Shown here one piece after another: positions 10,129-19,463 of a DNA stretch of 64,000 bases; position 1 is the first letter of the stretch; every line of letters starts with the position of its first letter. A model generated the notes under the pieces. That model saw only the letters and a list, made by a program, of their open reading frames with translations. It was not told the origin of the DNA and did not search any database. The position numbers were made by a program, and so were the translations under genes. This DNA comes from Flavobacteriales bacterium. Its GTDB lineage: Bacteria > Bacteroidota > Bacteroidia > Flavobacteriales_F > PHOS-HE28. The stretch lies in the NCBI GenBank assembly GCA_016699575.1, contig CP064979.1, positions 2,707,982-2,771,981 on the forward strand. Direction: 5' to 3'.

Positions 10129-11436
10129 TCAATCCACTACGGAGATGTTGGCACCGATGGCGTTCAAGCGGCCTTCGATGTTCTGGTACCCGCGGCGGAT
10201 CTGTTCGATGTTGTCGATGGTGCTGGTGCCATCGGCGCTCATCGCGGCAATGAGCAGCGATACGCCCGCGCGGATGTCAGGACTCGTCATGCGGATAGCG
10301 CGCAAGGGTTTCTCGAAATCCTTGCCGATCACCAGTGCGCGGTGTGGATCGCACAATGTGATCTGCGCTCCCATTTCAATGAGCTTGTCCGTGAAGAACA
10401 GGCGGCTCTCGAACATCTTCTGATGGATGAGCACATGGCCGCTCGCTTGTGTGGCCGTAACCAGCACGATGCTGAGCAGGTCCGGGGTGAAGCCCGGCCA
10501 GGGATGGTCGCTCACCACGCGGTTGCTGCCGTCGAGGAAAGGCTCGATGGTGTAGTGCTCTTGCGCAGGAACGTGGATGTCGTCGCCACGGCGTTCCACG
10601 GCAATGCCCAATTTGCGGAACACGTCCGGGATCACGCCGAGATGCTCGTAGCCGGTGTCCTTGATGGTGATCTCGCTGCGCGTCATGGCGGCCAGGCCGA
10701 TGAAGGAGCCGATCTCGATCATGTCCGGTAGCATGCGGTGCTCGGTGCCGCTGAGTTCCTTCACGCCATCGATGTGCAGGAGGTTGCTACCGATGCCGCC
10801 GATCTTGGCACCCATGCGCACCAGCATGTTGCACAACTGCTGTAAGTACGGCTCGCACGCCGCGTTGAAGATGGTGGTGCGTCCTTCCGCCATCACGGCA
10901 GCCATCACGATGTTCGCTGTGCCGGTCACGCTGGCTTCGTCGAGGAGCATGTAGCAGCCGGTCAACTTCTTGGTTTCGGCGCGATAGAACCCATCTGTCT
11001 CGTCGTACTTGATGCTGGCACCCAATCGCTCGAAACCCGTGAAGTGCGTGTCCATGCGGCGGCGGCCGATCTTGTCGCCACCCGGACTGGGGATGTAACC
11101 ACGACCGAAGCGCGCAAGCATAGGTCCGGCCACCATCACGCTGCCGCGCAAGCTGCCGCCCATGCGTTTGTACTCGGGGTCGAGGAAGAACTCCGGGTTC
11201 ACGCTCTTGGCTTGGAAGCGGAAGGAACCTTCGCCGAGCTTCTCCACGCTCACGCCCATGGCTTTCAGCAGGTCGATGAGCTTGTTCACGTCCACGATGT
11301 CCGGCACGTTGTGGATCACCATCGGCTCGGACGTGAGCAACACGGCGCAGAGGATCTGCAGTGCCTCGTTCTTGGCGCCTTGCGGAACGAGTTCTCCCTT
11401 CAGCCTGCGGCCGCCTTCGATCTTGAAGCTCTTCAT
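10129..11436 (-). CDS. murA: UDP-N-acetylglucosamine 1-carboxyvinyltransferase
   Basis: MKSFKIEGGRRLKGELVPQGAKNEALQILCAVLLT... is the canonical MurA N-terminus, with an EPSP-synthase fold throughout. Start chosen at MKSFKIEG (internal Met of track ORF 10129..11469). Confidence 0.95.
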   Translation of the reverse strand: MKSFKIEGGRRLKGELVPQGAKNEALQILCAVLLTSEPMVIHNVPDIVDVNKLIDLLKAMGVSVEKLGEGSFRFQAKSVNPEFFLDPEYKRMGGSLRGSVMVAGPMLARFGRGYIPSPGGDKIGRRRMDTHFTGFERLGASIKYDETDGFYRAETKKLTGCYMLLDEASVTGTANIVMAAVMAEGRTTIFNAACEPYLQQLCNMLVRMGAKIGGIGSNLLHIDGVKELSGTEHRMLPDMIEIGSFIGLAAMTRSEITIKDTGYEHLGVIPDVFRKLGIAVERRGDDIHVPAQEHYTIEPFLDGSNRVVSDHPWPGFTPDLLSIVLVTATQASGHVLIHQKMFESRLFFTDKLIEMGAQITLCDPHRALVIGKDFEKPLRAIRMTSPDIRAGVSLLIAAMSADGTSTIDNIEQIRRGYQNIEGRLNAIGANISVVD

Positions 11437-11583
11437 GGTTGCGAAGCAACAACGCCGTTGGAGCGCCATTCCGTCTTGAGAGCGCTACCTACTAACAGAC
11501 GCCACCGCAAAACGCGCCGGAGATGCTCACGCGACCGCCTTGCCTTGACGGTTGGGGCTTGAGACTTGGGTCTTGAAGTTTAC

Positions 11584-12264
11584 CTAGTAACGGTTCTTCC
11601 GCTTGTTCCGGTAGCGCTTCTTGCCACCACCGCCGCGCCGCTGCGGCTGCTCCACGTTGCGTGGGCCGCTTTGTTGCATTCGGGCAATGTCCTGTGCGCT
11701 CACCAGCTGCGCTTCAGGTGCCAGGCGCAGCTTGCCTCCGCTCAGTTCGTGCAGGTCCTTGATGATGGTGCCGTCGCCGATGCTGTCGCGGTTCCACACC
11801 ACGAACTGCTTCTTCATCACGTTGGCGATGAGCTGTGTGAAGTAGTCCTTGGCCGCACCGGCTTCCATGGCCGTGCACTTCTCGATGAAGCGCTCCACCA
11901 TCTTGCCGTAGTGGCCGTACTTCACGCTGGTCTTCGGGTAAGGCACGGGAGCAGGCTTGCTCTCCAGGCTCTCGGGCGTGGGCTTCGGGAAGGGGCCGTC
12001 CACATCGAGCAGGAAGTTGCTCATGATGTAGAGGTGGTCCCACAGCGTGCGGTCGCCGTCCTCGCCGTTGCGCAGTTGCGGGTTCAGCCTGCCGATCACA
12101 TGGATGATGGCGTGCGCAAGGCGCGTGCGTTCGGCGCGGTCCTCCACGGTGAGGCAATGCTCCACCATGCGCTGCACGTGGCGGCCGTATTCAGGGATGA
12201 GGAGTTGTGGGCGCTGCGTGTTGTAGTCGAACGGCAGCAGTTGTTCAGTGGGCTTCGGCGGCAT
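11584..12264 (-). CDS. DUF4290 domain-containing protein (conserved Bacteroidota gene upstream of murA)
   Basis: 227 aa; conserved synteny with murA. C-terminal basic tail (RRGGGGKKRYRNKRKNRY). Start set at MPPKPTEQ. Confidence 0.7.
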   Translation of the reverse strand: MPPKPTEQLLPFDYNTQRPQLLIPEYGRHVQRMVEHCLTVEDRAERTRLAHAIIHVIGRLNPQLRNGEDGDRTLWDHLYIMSNFLLDVDGPFPKPTPESLESKPAPVPYPKTSVKYGHYGKMVERFIEKCTAMEAGAAKDYFTQLIANVMKKQFVVWNRDSIGDGTIIKDLHELSGGKLRLAPEAQLVSAQDIARMQQSGPRNVEQPQRRGGGGKKRYRNKRKNRY

Positions 12265-12412
12265 GGTAAGAAGTGCGAGGAAGTGCTGGCATCGGCCTGC
12301 ACGCACCGCACCGGGCGGCGTTCATCGGCGCCCAAATGTAGGCTGTGAACGCGGCCGACAGCACTAGGACAAGTCAGGGGCGAATGGCACTTTCGCTGCG
12401 ACCATCGTCCCC

Positions 12413-13678
12413 ATGCGTTGCCCGCTCCTGTTCCCGCCCCTAGTGCTCGCCTCCATCGCCACGGCCCAACAGCCCGGCCACTGGTGGTGGTTCTATTCCG
12501 ATTCGCTGCAGCAATACCACTACGAAACCGGCGACGAGTTCAACGGCCGCGCGCTGGACCGCAAGTTCTGGATGACCAGCGGTGAGGGACGGCGGAACCA
12601 CCACGGCAAGCACATGCTGGAGTACAACTCCGATGGCAAGAACGCCTTGCTCGGTGATGGCACGCTACGGATCCAGCTGCGCAGGGAGGAGGTGACGGCG
12701 CGCGGAGTGGAGTACGAAGCCGACACGGCCCGACTGGGCGATGGCGGCCCCAACCTGCGCACTTGGAACTACACAAGCACGCTGCTGGTCAGCAATCAGC
12801 ATTTCCAGTACGGTGTGTTCGAGGCACGGATCAAACTGCCCACTGGCAAGGGGGCGTGGCCGTCGTTCTGGCTGTACGGCGGCAATCCGAACGAAGAGAT
12901 CGATATCCTGGAAGGCAAGGGCGAGCGCCTCGACCAGTTCCATGTGGACGTTCATTGCCCGGGCGATGCTTGCGATAACTACCGGAACCCCATCGGTGCG
13001 TTCGGGCGTTGGCTCGGCATTAATTGGAAGGGTTTCGGGCATTGGAAAACGGCCAATGGGGATCTCACGGCGGCGTTCAACGACTACGTGGGAGAGTGGA
13101 CGCCGGGTGCGCTCCGCTTCTACCTCAACGGCGAACAGTGCGCTGAATGGAACGGTGGATTGCACGTGCCGGAACGTTTGATCCTGCAGAACGCCTTGGC
13201 CAACACATGTAAGGGCTGCCCGTTCGGCCCGGGACCCGACGACACGACCACCTTCGGCGAAATGGTGGTGGACCACGTGCGCGTCTGGAAGCTGATGCAC
13301 CCCGGCGATCCTGCGCTCACCATCATCAGTGGCGATGGTGTGCCCCGCGACCTCACTGTCGAAGTGAGCATGCGCTATGCAGAAGCTCCAGCGACACTGG
13401 AACCGAAGGGCGGCAAGCGGGGCAAGGTTCGCGATGTGTTCAGGGTGAAGACGCTGCACGACGGCGCCAAGCGCATCGTCATACTTGAAGTGACGGGTGA
13501 GATCCCCAAGGAAGCCTACATCGATCTCCAAGATCCTGAAGGTGCAACGCTGTTGAAGCGCCGAACCTTGCAACGCGGCATCTACACGTTCACGTTCGCT
13601 CCGGGCGCGGGCAACATCGTTGATGTGCTCGTCGGTGATCGCGAACGCTCCGCGGTCGAGCGGGTGGTGCTCAACTAA
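12413..13678 (+). CDS. secreted glycoside hydrolase family 16 (laminarinase/beta-glucanase-like)
   Basis: Signal peptide; the GH16 catalytic motif E-I-D-I-L-E (NEEIDILEGKGE) is preceded by GAWPSFWLYG, in a beta-jelly-roll-type sequence. Confidence 0.85.
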   Translation: MRCPLLFPPLVLASIATAQQPGHWWWFYSDSLQQYHYETGDEFNGRALDRKFWMTSGEGRRNHHGKHMLEYNSDGKNALLGDGTLRIQLRREEVTARGVEYEADTARLGDGGPNLRTWNYTSTLLVSNQHFQYGVFEARIKLPTGKGAWPSFWLYGGNPNEEIDILEGKGERLDQFHVDVHCPGDACDNYRNPIGAFGRWLGINWKGFGHWKTANGDLTAAFNDYVGEWTPGALRFYLNGEQCAEWNGGLHVPERLILQNALANTCKGCPFGPGPDDTTTFGEMVVDHVRVWKLMHPGDPALTIISGDGVPRDLTVEVSMRYAEAPATLEPKGGKRGKVRDVFRVKTLHDGAKRIVILEVTGEIPKEAYIDLQDPEGATLLKRRTLQRGIYTFTFAPGAGNIVDVLVGDRERSAVERVVLN

Positions 13679-13698
13679 TGCAACCCATCGGCTGGTCG

Positions 13699-15111
13699 TC
13701 AGAACAAATGCTTGGCCGCGCCGAGGAGCAGCTCCTCATCGAACGGTTTGGCCATCAGCTGCAAGCCGATCGGCAGTCCATTGCTGTGCGTTGCCGTAGG
13801 CAGGCTGATCGCCGGTGTGCCCGCTAAGTTCGCCTGCACGGTGAAGATGTCCTGCAGGTACATGGCAATGGGATCATTGCTCAGGGCACCTTGGTCGAAC
13901 GCGGTGATCGGTGTGGTGGGCATCAGCACCAGATCAACGTCGCTGAAGAGGCGCAGCGTGTTGTCGCGTATGAGCCGGCGCACGCGCATGGCCTTGGCGT
14001 AGTAGGCATCGTAGTAGCCCGCGCTCAGCACGAAAGTGCCCAGCAGGATGCGGCGTTTCACTTCAGGACCGAAGCCTTCGGTGCGACTGAGCTTGTAGGT
14101 CTCGTCCACACCAACAGCTTGCTTGCTGCGGTGGCCGTAGCGGATGCCGTCGAAGCGCGCCAGGTTGCTGCTCGCCTCGGCCGTGGCAAGGATGTAGTAG
14201 GCTGGTACCAGATGGTCGAGCATCGGCAGTTCGGCGGGCACGAGCGTGTGGCCATCGGCCTTCAAGCGGTCGATGGTCTCCTGCAGGTGCTTCACCACTT
14301 CCGGGTCCATGCCGGCCCGTTCCAGACCTTCACGGTAGTAGGCGATGCGCAGTTTGCCGGGATGCTTCAACCCAAGCGCGTTGTGGGGCTTGCGCGATGA
14401 TGTACTGTCGCGCTCGTCGGCCCCGGCGATGGCGCTGTAGATCGCAGCAGCGTCGTCCACCGTGTGCGCGAACGGACCGATCTGGTCGAACGACGAGGCG
14501 AAAGCGATGAGGCCGTAGCGGCTCACACGGCCGTAGGTCGGCTTGAAGCCGACCGTGCCCGTGAAGGCGGCAGGTTGACGGATGCTACCTCCCGTGTCGC
14601 TGCCGAGTGCCACGTGGCAGATACCCGAAGCCACGCTCACGGCCGCGCCGCCACTGCTTCCGCCGGGCACCTTCTTCGTGTCAAGCGGGTGGTTCACGTT
14701 ACCGTAGGCGCTGTTCTCGTTGCTGCTGCCCATGGCGAACTCGTCGCAGTTCGTACGGCCTATCACCACGGCATCGGCTGCCAGCAGGCGCTCAACCACC
14801 GTGGCGCTGTACGGGCTTACGAAGCCTTCGAGGATCTTCGATGATGCACCGGCCTTGTGGCCCTTGTAGCAGATGTTGTCCTTCAGGCTCACCGTCATGC
14901 CCGCCAATGGACCAGCGTTGCCGGCCTTGCGCTTGGCGTCCACTTCAGCGGCTTTGCGCAGTGCGCTTTCGGGGAAGAGTTCGCGGAAGGCGTTGAGGCC
15001 GGACTTCGCTGATGCTGCATCGAGCGATGCTTGCACGATGTCGTGGACGGAAACACCGGAGGCGATGGCCTCGCGGGCCTCGGCATGGGTGCGCGGATGA
15101 ACGATGCTCAT
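13699..15111 (-). CDS. gatA: Glu-tRNA(Gln)/Asp-tRNA(Asn) amidotransferase subunit A (amidase signature family)
   Basis: 470 aa with the amidase-signature block (...TNCDEFAMGSSNENSAYGNVNHPLDTKKVPGGSSGGAAVSVASGICHVALGSDTGGSIRQPAAFTGTVGFKPTYGRVSRYGLIAFASSFDQIGPF...). Confidence 0.95.
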   Translation of the reverse strand: MSIVHPRTHAEAREAIASGVSVHDIVQASLDAASAKSGLNAFRELFPESALRKAAEVDAKRKAGNAGPLAGMTVSLKDNICYKGHKAGASSKILEGFVSPYSATVVERLLAADAVVIGRTNCDEFAMGSSNENSAYGNVNHPLDTKKVPGGSSGGAAVSVASGICHVALGSDTGGSIRQPAAFTGTVGFKPTYGRVSRYGLIAFASSFDQIGPFAHTVDDAAAIYSAIAGADERDSTSSRKPHNALGLKHPGKLRIAYYREGLERAGMDPEVVKHLQETIDRLKADGHTLVPAELPMLDHLVPAYYILATAEASSNLARFDGIRYGHRSKQAVGVDETYKLSRTEGFGPEVKRRILLGTFVLSAGYYDAYYAKAMRVRRLIRDNTLRLFSDVDLVLMPTTPITAFDQGALSNDPIAMYLQDIFTVQANLAGTPAISLPTATHSNGLPIGLQLMAKPFDEELLLGAAKHLF

Positions 15112-15164
15112 TGGGAATGGCGCCGACGGTGCGGTAGGGCGCGGTGGAAGCTCCTGCTGCCGTT

Positions 15165-15329
15165 CTACTTCACTTCTTCCTTGCCGCCGTCCTCGCCCTT
15201 GCTGGCATCCTTGAAGTCCTTGATGCCTTTGCCCAAGCCCTTCATCAGATCGGGTATGCGCTTGGCGCCGAAGAGGATGATGATGATCAGCGCAATGACG
15301 AGGATCTCCTTGAAACCGATACCGCCCAT
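15165..15329 (-). CDS. tatA: twin-arginine translocase subunit TatA/E
   Basis: Own translation (below the ORF-track length cut-off): [54 protein letters not shown]. This is the canonical TatA N-terminal TM helix plus amphipathic helix (FG.K..P.L...LG.GI..FK). Confidence 0.8.
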   Translation of the reverse strand: MGGIGFKEILVIALIIIILFGAKRIPDLMKGLGKGIKDFKDASKGEDGGKEEVK

Positions 15330-15414
15330 GGTGGTGTGCTTCGGGGCGAATGTTGACCGCCGTTCAGCGCGGCGAAGGTAGGCCGATCGGCGGCGGCATT
15401 TTCCCGCGACTTTC

Positions 15415-16659
15415 TCAGCGGAACAGCCAAGGAGCCGGATCCACCTTCACGAGGCCTTCGGGTGTGATCTTCCAGATCTCGATGTGCGCCACGCTCCGGC
15501 CGTCCTCCGTCAGCACGACACCCACATTGTCCTTTGTTTCCAGCTTCTGGCCCTTGGTCACGTTGGTGTCCCGAAGGTTGCTGTACACCGTGCGGTAGGC
15601 GCCATGGTTGAGCACCACGGCCTTGCCTGCGCCGGGGATGACGATGATGCTGCTGACCTCGCCCTTGAAAATGGCCCGCACCGTACTGCCCTTCTCGGTG
15701 CACACATCGATGCCGTTGTTCTCGATCACAATGCCTTTCAGGACCGGATGTGGTTGCTTTCCGAAGCCACTGCAGATGACGCCCTTCTCCACCGGCCACG
15801 GCAGTTTGCCGCGGTTCTTCTCGAAGTCGGCACCGAGCAGTTTGGCTTCCGGGGTCAGGGTATATGTGGTCTTCGTTGTTCCGGTGCTCGAGCCCTTGCC
15901 TTTGTCCTTGGTCGCACCGCTGCTCTTCGCCAGCTCTTCCTCGATGATCCTCTTGATCTTGCTGGCCAGTTCCAGACGCTGCTTCTCCTGCTTGCGCATC
16001 TGGTCCTTCAAGCGGCCCTCCTCTTTCTTCAACCCGGCCAGCGCGCTTTGCTGCTCGCTTTTGTCGGCGGTGAGCTTCTTCTTTTCGGCCAGCTCGGCGC
16101 CTAGCAGATCGGCCTTCTTCTGTTTCTGTCCTTTGAGCGCATCCACTTTGGTGGCCAGCGAGGCCTGGGTGGCGGTGATGAGCTTGGCTTGGTTGGCGCG
16201 TTGTTCGGCCATCAGGTTCAGATAACGGCTACGGCGGAAGGCCTGCGCGAAGTTTTCCGCAGCGAACAAGTAGCTGAGCCGGTCCATGGCGTTGCGGTTG
16301 CGGTAGGCGAAGAGCACCATGCGCGAGTAGTCCTCTTTCAACTGCACCATGTCGCGTTCCAATGATCGGATCACCGCTTCATCGTCGCGGATCTGTTCTT
16401 CCACCTTGCTCAGTTCGCCGTTCATGGTGGCGATGAGTTCATTGCGTTGGCCTATCTGCGCTTCAAGCAGTTGCAGTTGTTCCTGTGTGAGGCGTTGCTC
16501 TTTTCTGGCTTGGTCGATCAGCGATGTGGTGGTCTTGATCTGCTTGTCCAGCGCGTCGCGCTTTTTCTCCAGGTCTTTCTTGCTCTGGGCCGTGGAGGCC
16601 AATGGCAGAAGCAGGAGCAGGAGGATGGGGATCGCACGAACGCTGCTTCGGAGCGTCAT
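15415..16659 (-). CDS. murein hydrolase activator-like M23 peptidase with long coiled-coil (EnvC/NlpD-like)
   Basis: Signal peptide [25 protein letters not shown]; ~250-aa coiled-coil rich in KQ/EL repeats; C-terminal LytM/M23 domain ([47 protein letters not shown]). The track ORF extends to 16953, but that extension overlaps DUF4292 and consists of palindromic repeat A, so the start was set at the internal Met (cat at 16657-16659). Confidence 0.8.
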   Translation of the reverse strand: MTLRSSVRAIPILLLLLLPLASTAQSKKDLEKKRDALDKQIKTTTSLIDQARKEQRLTQEQLQLLEAQIGQRNELIATMNGELSKVEEQIRDDEAVIRSLERDMVQLKEDYSRMVLFAYRNRNAMDRLSYLFAAENFAQAFRRSRYLNLMAEQRANQAKLITATQASLATKVDALKGQKQKKADLLGAELAEKKKLTADKSEQQSALAGLKKEEGRLKDQMRKQEKQRLELASKIKRIIEEELAKSSGATKDKGKGSSTGTTKTTYTLTPEAKLLGADFEKNRGKLPWPVEKGVICSGFGKQPHPVLKGIVIENNGIDVCTEKGSTVRAIFKGEVSSIIVIPGAGKAVVLNHGAYRTVYSNLRDTNVTKGQKLETKDNVGVVLTEDGRSVAHIEIWKITPEGLVKVDPAPWLFR

Positions 16660-16790
16660 CGCGAGCGAGGCTTTGCGAGCGAAGCGATCCAGCGGTGAGG
16701 GCTCGGCGTAGGCTGGATCGCTTCGGCCCGGACTGCTTCGTCGCAAAGCCTTCTCGCAGTGACGGGCCTCGCGATGACGAGGGCCCACAG
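16654..16790. repeat. intergenic palindromic repeat element, family A copy 1 (nested hairpin; motifs GTCATCGCGAG / CGAAGCGATCCAGC and their reverse complements)
   Basis: Left arm cgtcatcgcgagcgaggctttgcgagcgaagcgatccagc pairs with right arm gctggatcgcttcg...ctcgcgatgacg. A second copy is at 28417-28500. Confidence 0.7.
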
Positions 16791-16804
16791 GATCAGCGGA
16801 GAAC

Positions 16805-17680
16805 TCACTCCATCGGAACGAACTTCTCGGGGATGCTGAAACTGATGTTGGGCGGGTCGCCAAGGCGGATCTTGCTGAGGGCAAGTGTACCGCGCACCCT
16901 GCGGCCCGGTTCGGCCAGGGAGAGTTCGATCTGAACAGGCAGGTGGTGACCATCGGGGCTCCGCTCCAGATAACGCACGTCGGCCTGCTGGTCGCGTGCG
17001 AGGTCGGTCACTTGTACGCGTGTCACGAAGAAGCTGTCCGGATCGAGCCAGTACCGGAAAACGATGGCACCTTTCTCATCGGCCTTTTCCAGTGTTCGTT
17101 CCATGCGGCGCTCGCTGATGTCGCGGTCGCGCCGGGCTGTGGAGTCCGGTGTTTCCGTGATGTCCTCCGCTGCACGGCGGAAGCGGCGCTTTTCCTTGCT
17201 GGTGAGCACGTACTGCCCGTCCTCGCGGTCGGACTTGTACTTCTCTTTCGGGTCGAAGCCGATGGGGATGCCGAGCAGGGCTTGCTGGAGCAGTTGCAGG
17301 TCGGGCTGCAGGCCGAACCGCGCTTTCGCCTGTGCGCTGTTGCCGACGAAGTACGTGTCGTGCAAGCGGTCCAGCATTTTCACGCTGTCCTTGGTGAGCA
17401 CCACGCGGGCGGCTTCGATCCCCAGCACAGCCGTGATGGATGTCCAAAGTGCGCTGTCGGTCACCGAGCGCACTTGGGCGTTGAAGCTCTGGTCGCTGGA
17501 GTCCGTTGCGATCGTCACGTCCGCTTTCGCGCTGTACCACCTTACGTCCGGCCGGTTCGCCACCACCTTTTCCACGAGCTTGTCGGCGCCGCGCGGCGGG
17601 AGCTCGCGGTTCACGATGCGGATGGGCGTCTTGCAGGCCGCAACGAGCAGGAGCAGTATGATCGGCAGTGTCCGGCGCAC
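16805..17680 (-). CDS. DUF4292 domain lipoprotein
   Basis: Lipoprotein signal MRRTLPIILLLLVAAC. Lies in the TPR protein - DUF4292 - M23 peptidase gene order typical of Bacteroidota. Confidence 0.7.
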   Translation of the reverse strand: MRRTLPIILLLLVAACKTPIRIVNRELPPRGADKLVEKVVANRPDVRWYSAKADVTIATDSSDQSFNAQVRSVTDSALWTSITAVLGIEAARVVLTKDSVKMLDRLHDTYFVGNSAQAKARFGLQPDLQLLQQALLGIPIGFDPKEKYKSDREDGQYVLTSKEKRRFRRAAEDITETPDSTARRDRDISERRMERTLEKADEKGAIVFRYWLDPDSFFVTRVQVTDLARDQQADVRYLERSPDGHHLPVQIELSLAEPGRRVRGTLALSKIRLGDPPNISFSIPEKFVPME

Positions 17681-17688
17681 GCCCGAAG

Positions 17689-19452
17689 TTATTCCGGCAA
17701 ACGTCCTTCGCTCACTTTGCGACCTAGTTCATCGCTGGCGCCGGTCAATCCTTGCGCCTTCTTCCATTGGTCCAACGCGGCCATGGGCTCGCCGAGCTTG
17801 AAGAGAATGTCTCCGTAGTGCTCCACCACGGTGCCGTCGGCCGCGCCGCCATTGGCCAGCGCCTTCTCGATCCACACCTTGGCATCGGCGTAGCGCTTCA
17901 TCTGGAAGAGGATCCACGCGTAGGTGTCCTCGTAGCTGGCCTGGCCGGGTTGCAGCTCGTTGCTGCGCTTGCTCATGCGCTCCGCCTTTTCCAAGTTCTC
18001 GTTGCGGACGCTCAGGTAGTAGGCCCAGTTGTTCAGCGCGTTCGCGTTGTCGGGCTCCAACTTCAGTGCTTGCTCGAAGGCTTCGTCGCTCTGGGGATAA
18101 CGCTTGGCATCGTTATGTGCTTCACCGATGGTGCTCCAGAACTGCGCCAGCGTGGTGTTATCGTCCACCACCAGATCACGGCCGGTGATGAGCGTCTCCA
18201 CGGCTTCGTCGCTGCGCTTCAGGTTGTTCAGGGCCAGCCCGTCGATCAGGTAGAACCAAGGCACCGTCGGGAAGAGTTCGATGGCTTTGGCGGCGTCGTC
18301 GTGCGTGCCGGGGTAGTCGCGCAGTTGGAAGTCGAGCTGCACCAGTTGCTGCCAGATGGGGAATTTGTCGTGCTCGTGCTTCACGGCCTCGCGGAACTGG
18401 TCACGGGCATCGCCCAGCCGGCCATCGCGGAGGTAGAAGTCGCCGCGGATGGTGTTGGGCTTGCCGCTTTCGGGGTGCGTGCGCTGCAGTACGTCTATAA
18501 GGTCGTAGGCTTTCTTGAGCATGGCATCCTGCTCGGGGTTGCCGCTGCCCATGGCTCGCGTGTTCTCGTAAAAGCCGAGCAGCACGCCCATCTTCGGATC
18601 GATCTCCAGGTCCGCATCGCCGAACACGAGGGCAAGCTGTTCGTAAGCCTTCTCGAATTCGTTGGCAGCGGTGTAGTGCTCGGCCAAGGCCAGGCGGGCC
18701 ATACTGTTGCTGGGGTCCAGCTCCAACACTTTGTTGTAGTGCACCAATGCACCGGCATTGTCGCCGGTCTGCTCCAACAGTTCCCCGAGCATGCCATGGT
18801 ACTGCGCGTTCTGTGGGTCCTTGGCGATCTGCTTTTCCAACAAGGCCTTGGCCTCGGCAGTGCGACCGCTTTGCGCCAGCATGCCGTATTCCTCCATCAC
18901 CAGTTCCTCGCTCGCACCGATGCGCTTCTCCAGATCACGGAAGACCTGTTGCGCTTCTTCCACCTTGCCCAAGTAGGCGAGGGTGTGCGCCAGGTCCATC
19001 CATGTCTCGTGGTTCTCGGGCCACTTCTGCGTGATGGTGCGGTACACCTTGGCAGCTTCGGCCGGTTGGTTGGTCTGTTGGTAGAGGTCGGCCAGCAGGA
19101 ACTGGTACCACCGGTTCTCCTTGTCCAAGGTGGCGGCCTTCTTCGCCAGGTCAAGGGCACGGTCAGGTTGCTGCGCGGCGTGGTAGAGCTTGCTCAGCTC
19201 GAACATGGCCGCATGGTTCTGCGGGTCTTTGCGCAGGCACTCCTCGAACAGCTTGGCGGCGCTGGGCAGGTCGCCGATGAGGCGCGCCCGCGTGGCGGCC
19301 ATGAAGACCTTGGTCACCTCTTCGTTGGCGGTGCCGGCGCTGGCGTTGTCAGCCACTTCCGTCGGGTGGTCGCCTTTCACCACCGCGGTGCTCTTGGTGC
19401 CGCCACAAGCGACCAGCAGGGCAAGGCCCAGGAACAAGAGCACGTTCTTCAT
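17689..19452 (-). CDS. tetratricopeptide-repeat lipoprotein
   Basis: Lipoprotein signal MKNVLLFLGLALLVAC; ~12 TPR units (AL.LA..Y....EA, W..L....Y..G patterns) across 587 aa. Confidence 0.85.
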   Translation of the reverse strand: MKNVLLFLGLALLVACGGTKSTAVVKGDHPTEVADNASAGTANEEVTKVFMAATRARLIGDLPSAAKLFEECLRKDPQNHAAMFELSKLYHAAQQPDRALDLAKKAATLDKENRWYQFLLADLYQQTNQPAEAAKVYRTITQKWPENHETWMDLAHTLAYLGKVEEAQQVFRDLEKRIGASEELVMEEYGMLAQSGRTAEAKALLEKQIAKDPQNAQYHGMLGELLEQTGDNAGALVHYNKVLELDPSNSMARLALAEHYTAANEFEKAYEQLALVFGDADLEIDPKMGVLLGFYENTRAMGSGNPEQDAMLKKAYDLIDVLQRTHPESGKPNTIRGDFYLRDGRLGDARDQFREAVKHEHDKFPIWQQLVQLDFQLRDYPGTHDDAAKAIELFPTVPWFYLIDGLALNNLKRSDEAVETLITGRDLVVDDNTTLAQFWSTIGEAHNDAKRYPQSDEAFEQALKLEPDNANALNNWAYYLSVRNENLEKAERMSKRSNELQPGQASYEDTYAWILFQMKRYADAKVWIEKALANGGAADGTVVEHYGDILFKLGEPMAALDQWKKAQGLTGASDELGRKVSEGRLPE

Positions 19453-19463
19453 GGGTACAAAGA

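Noticed and set aside
16660-16953. 98-codon N-terminal extension of the M23 peptidase ORF
   Set aside because: It would overlap the DUF4292 gene by ~150 nt, has no signal peptide, and its sequence is the palindromic repeat element A. A proper signal peptide begins at the internal Met (16659).
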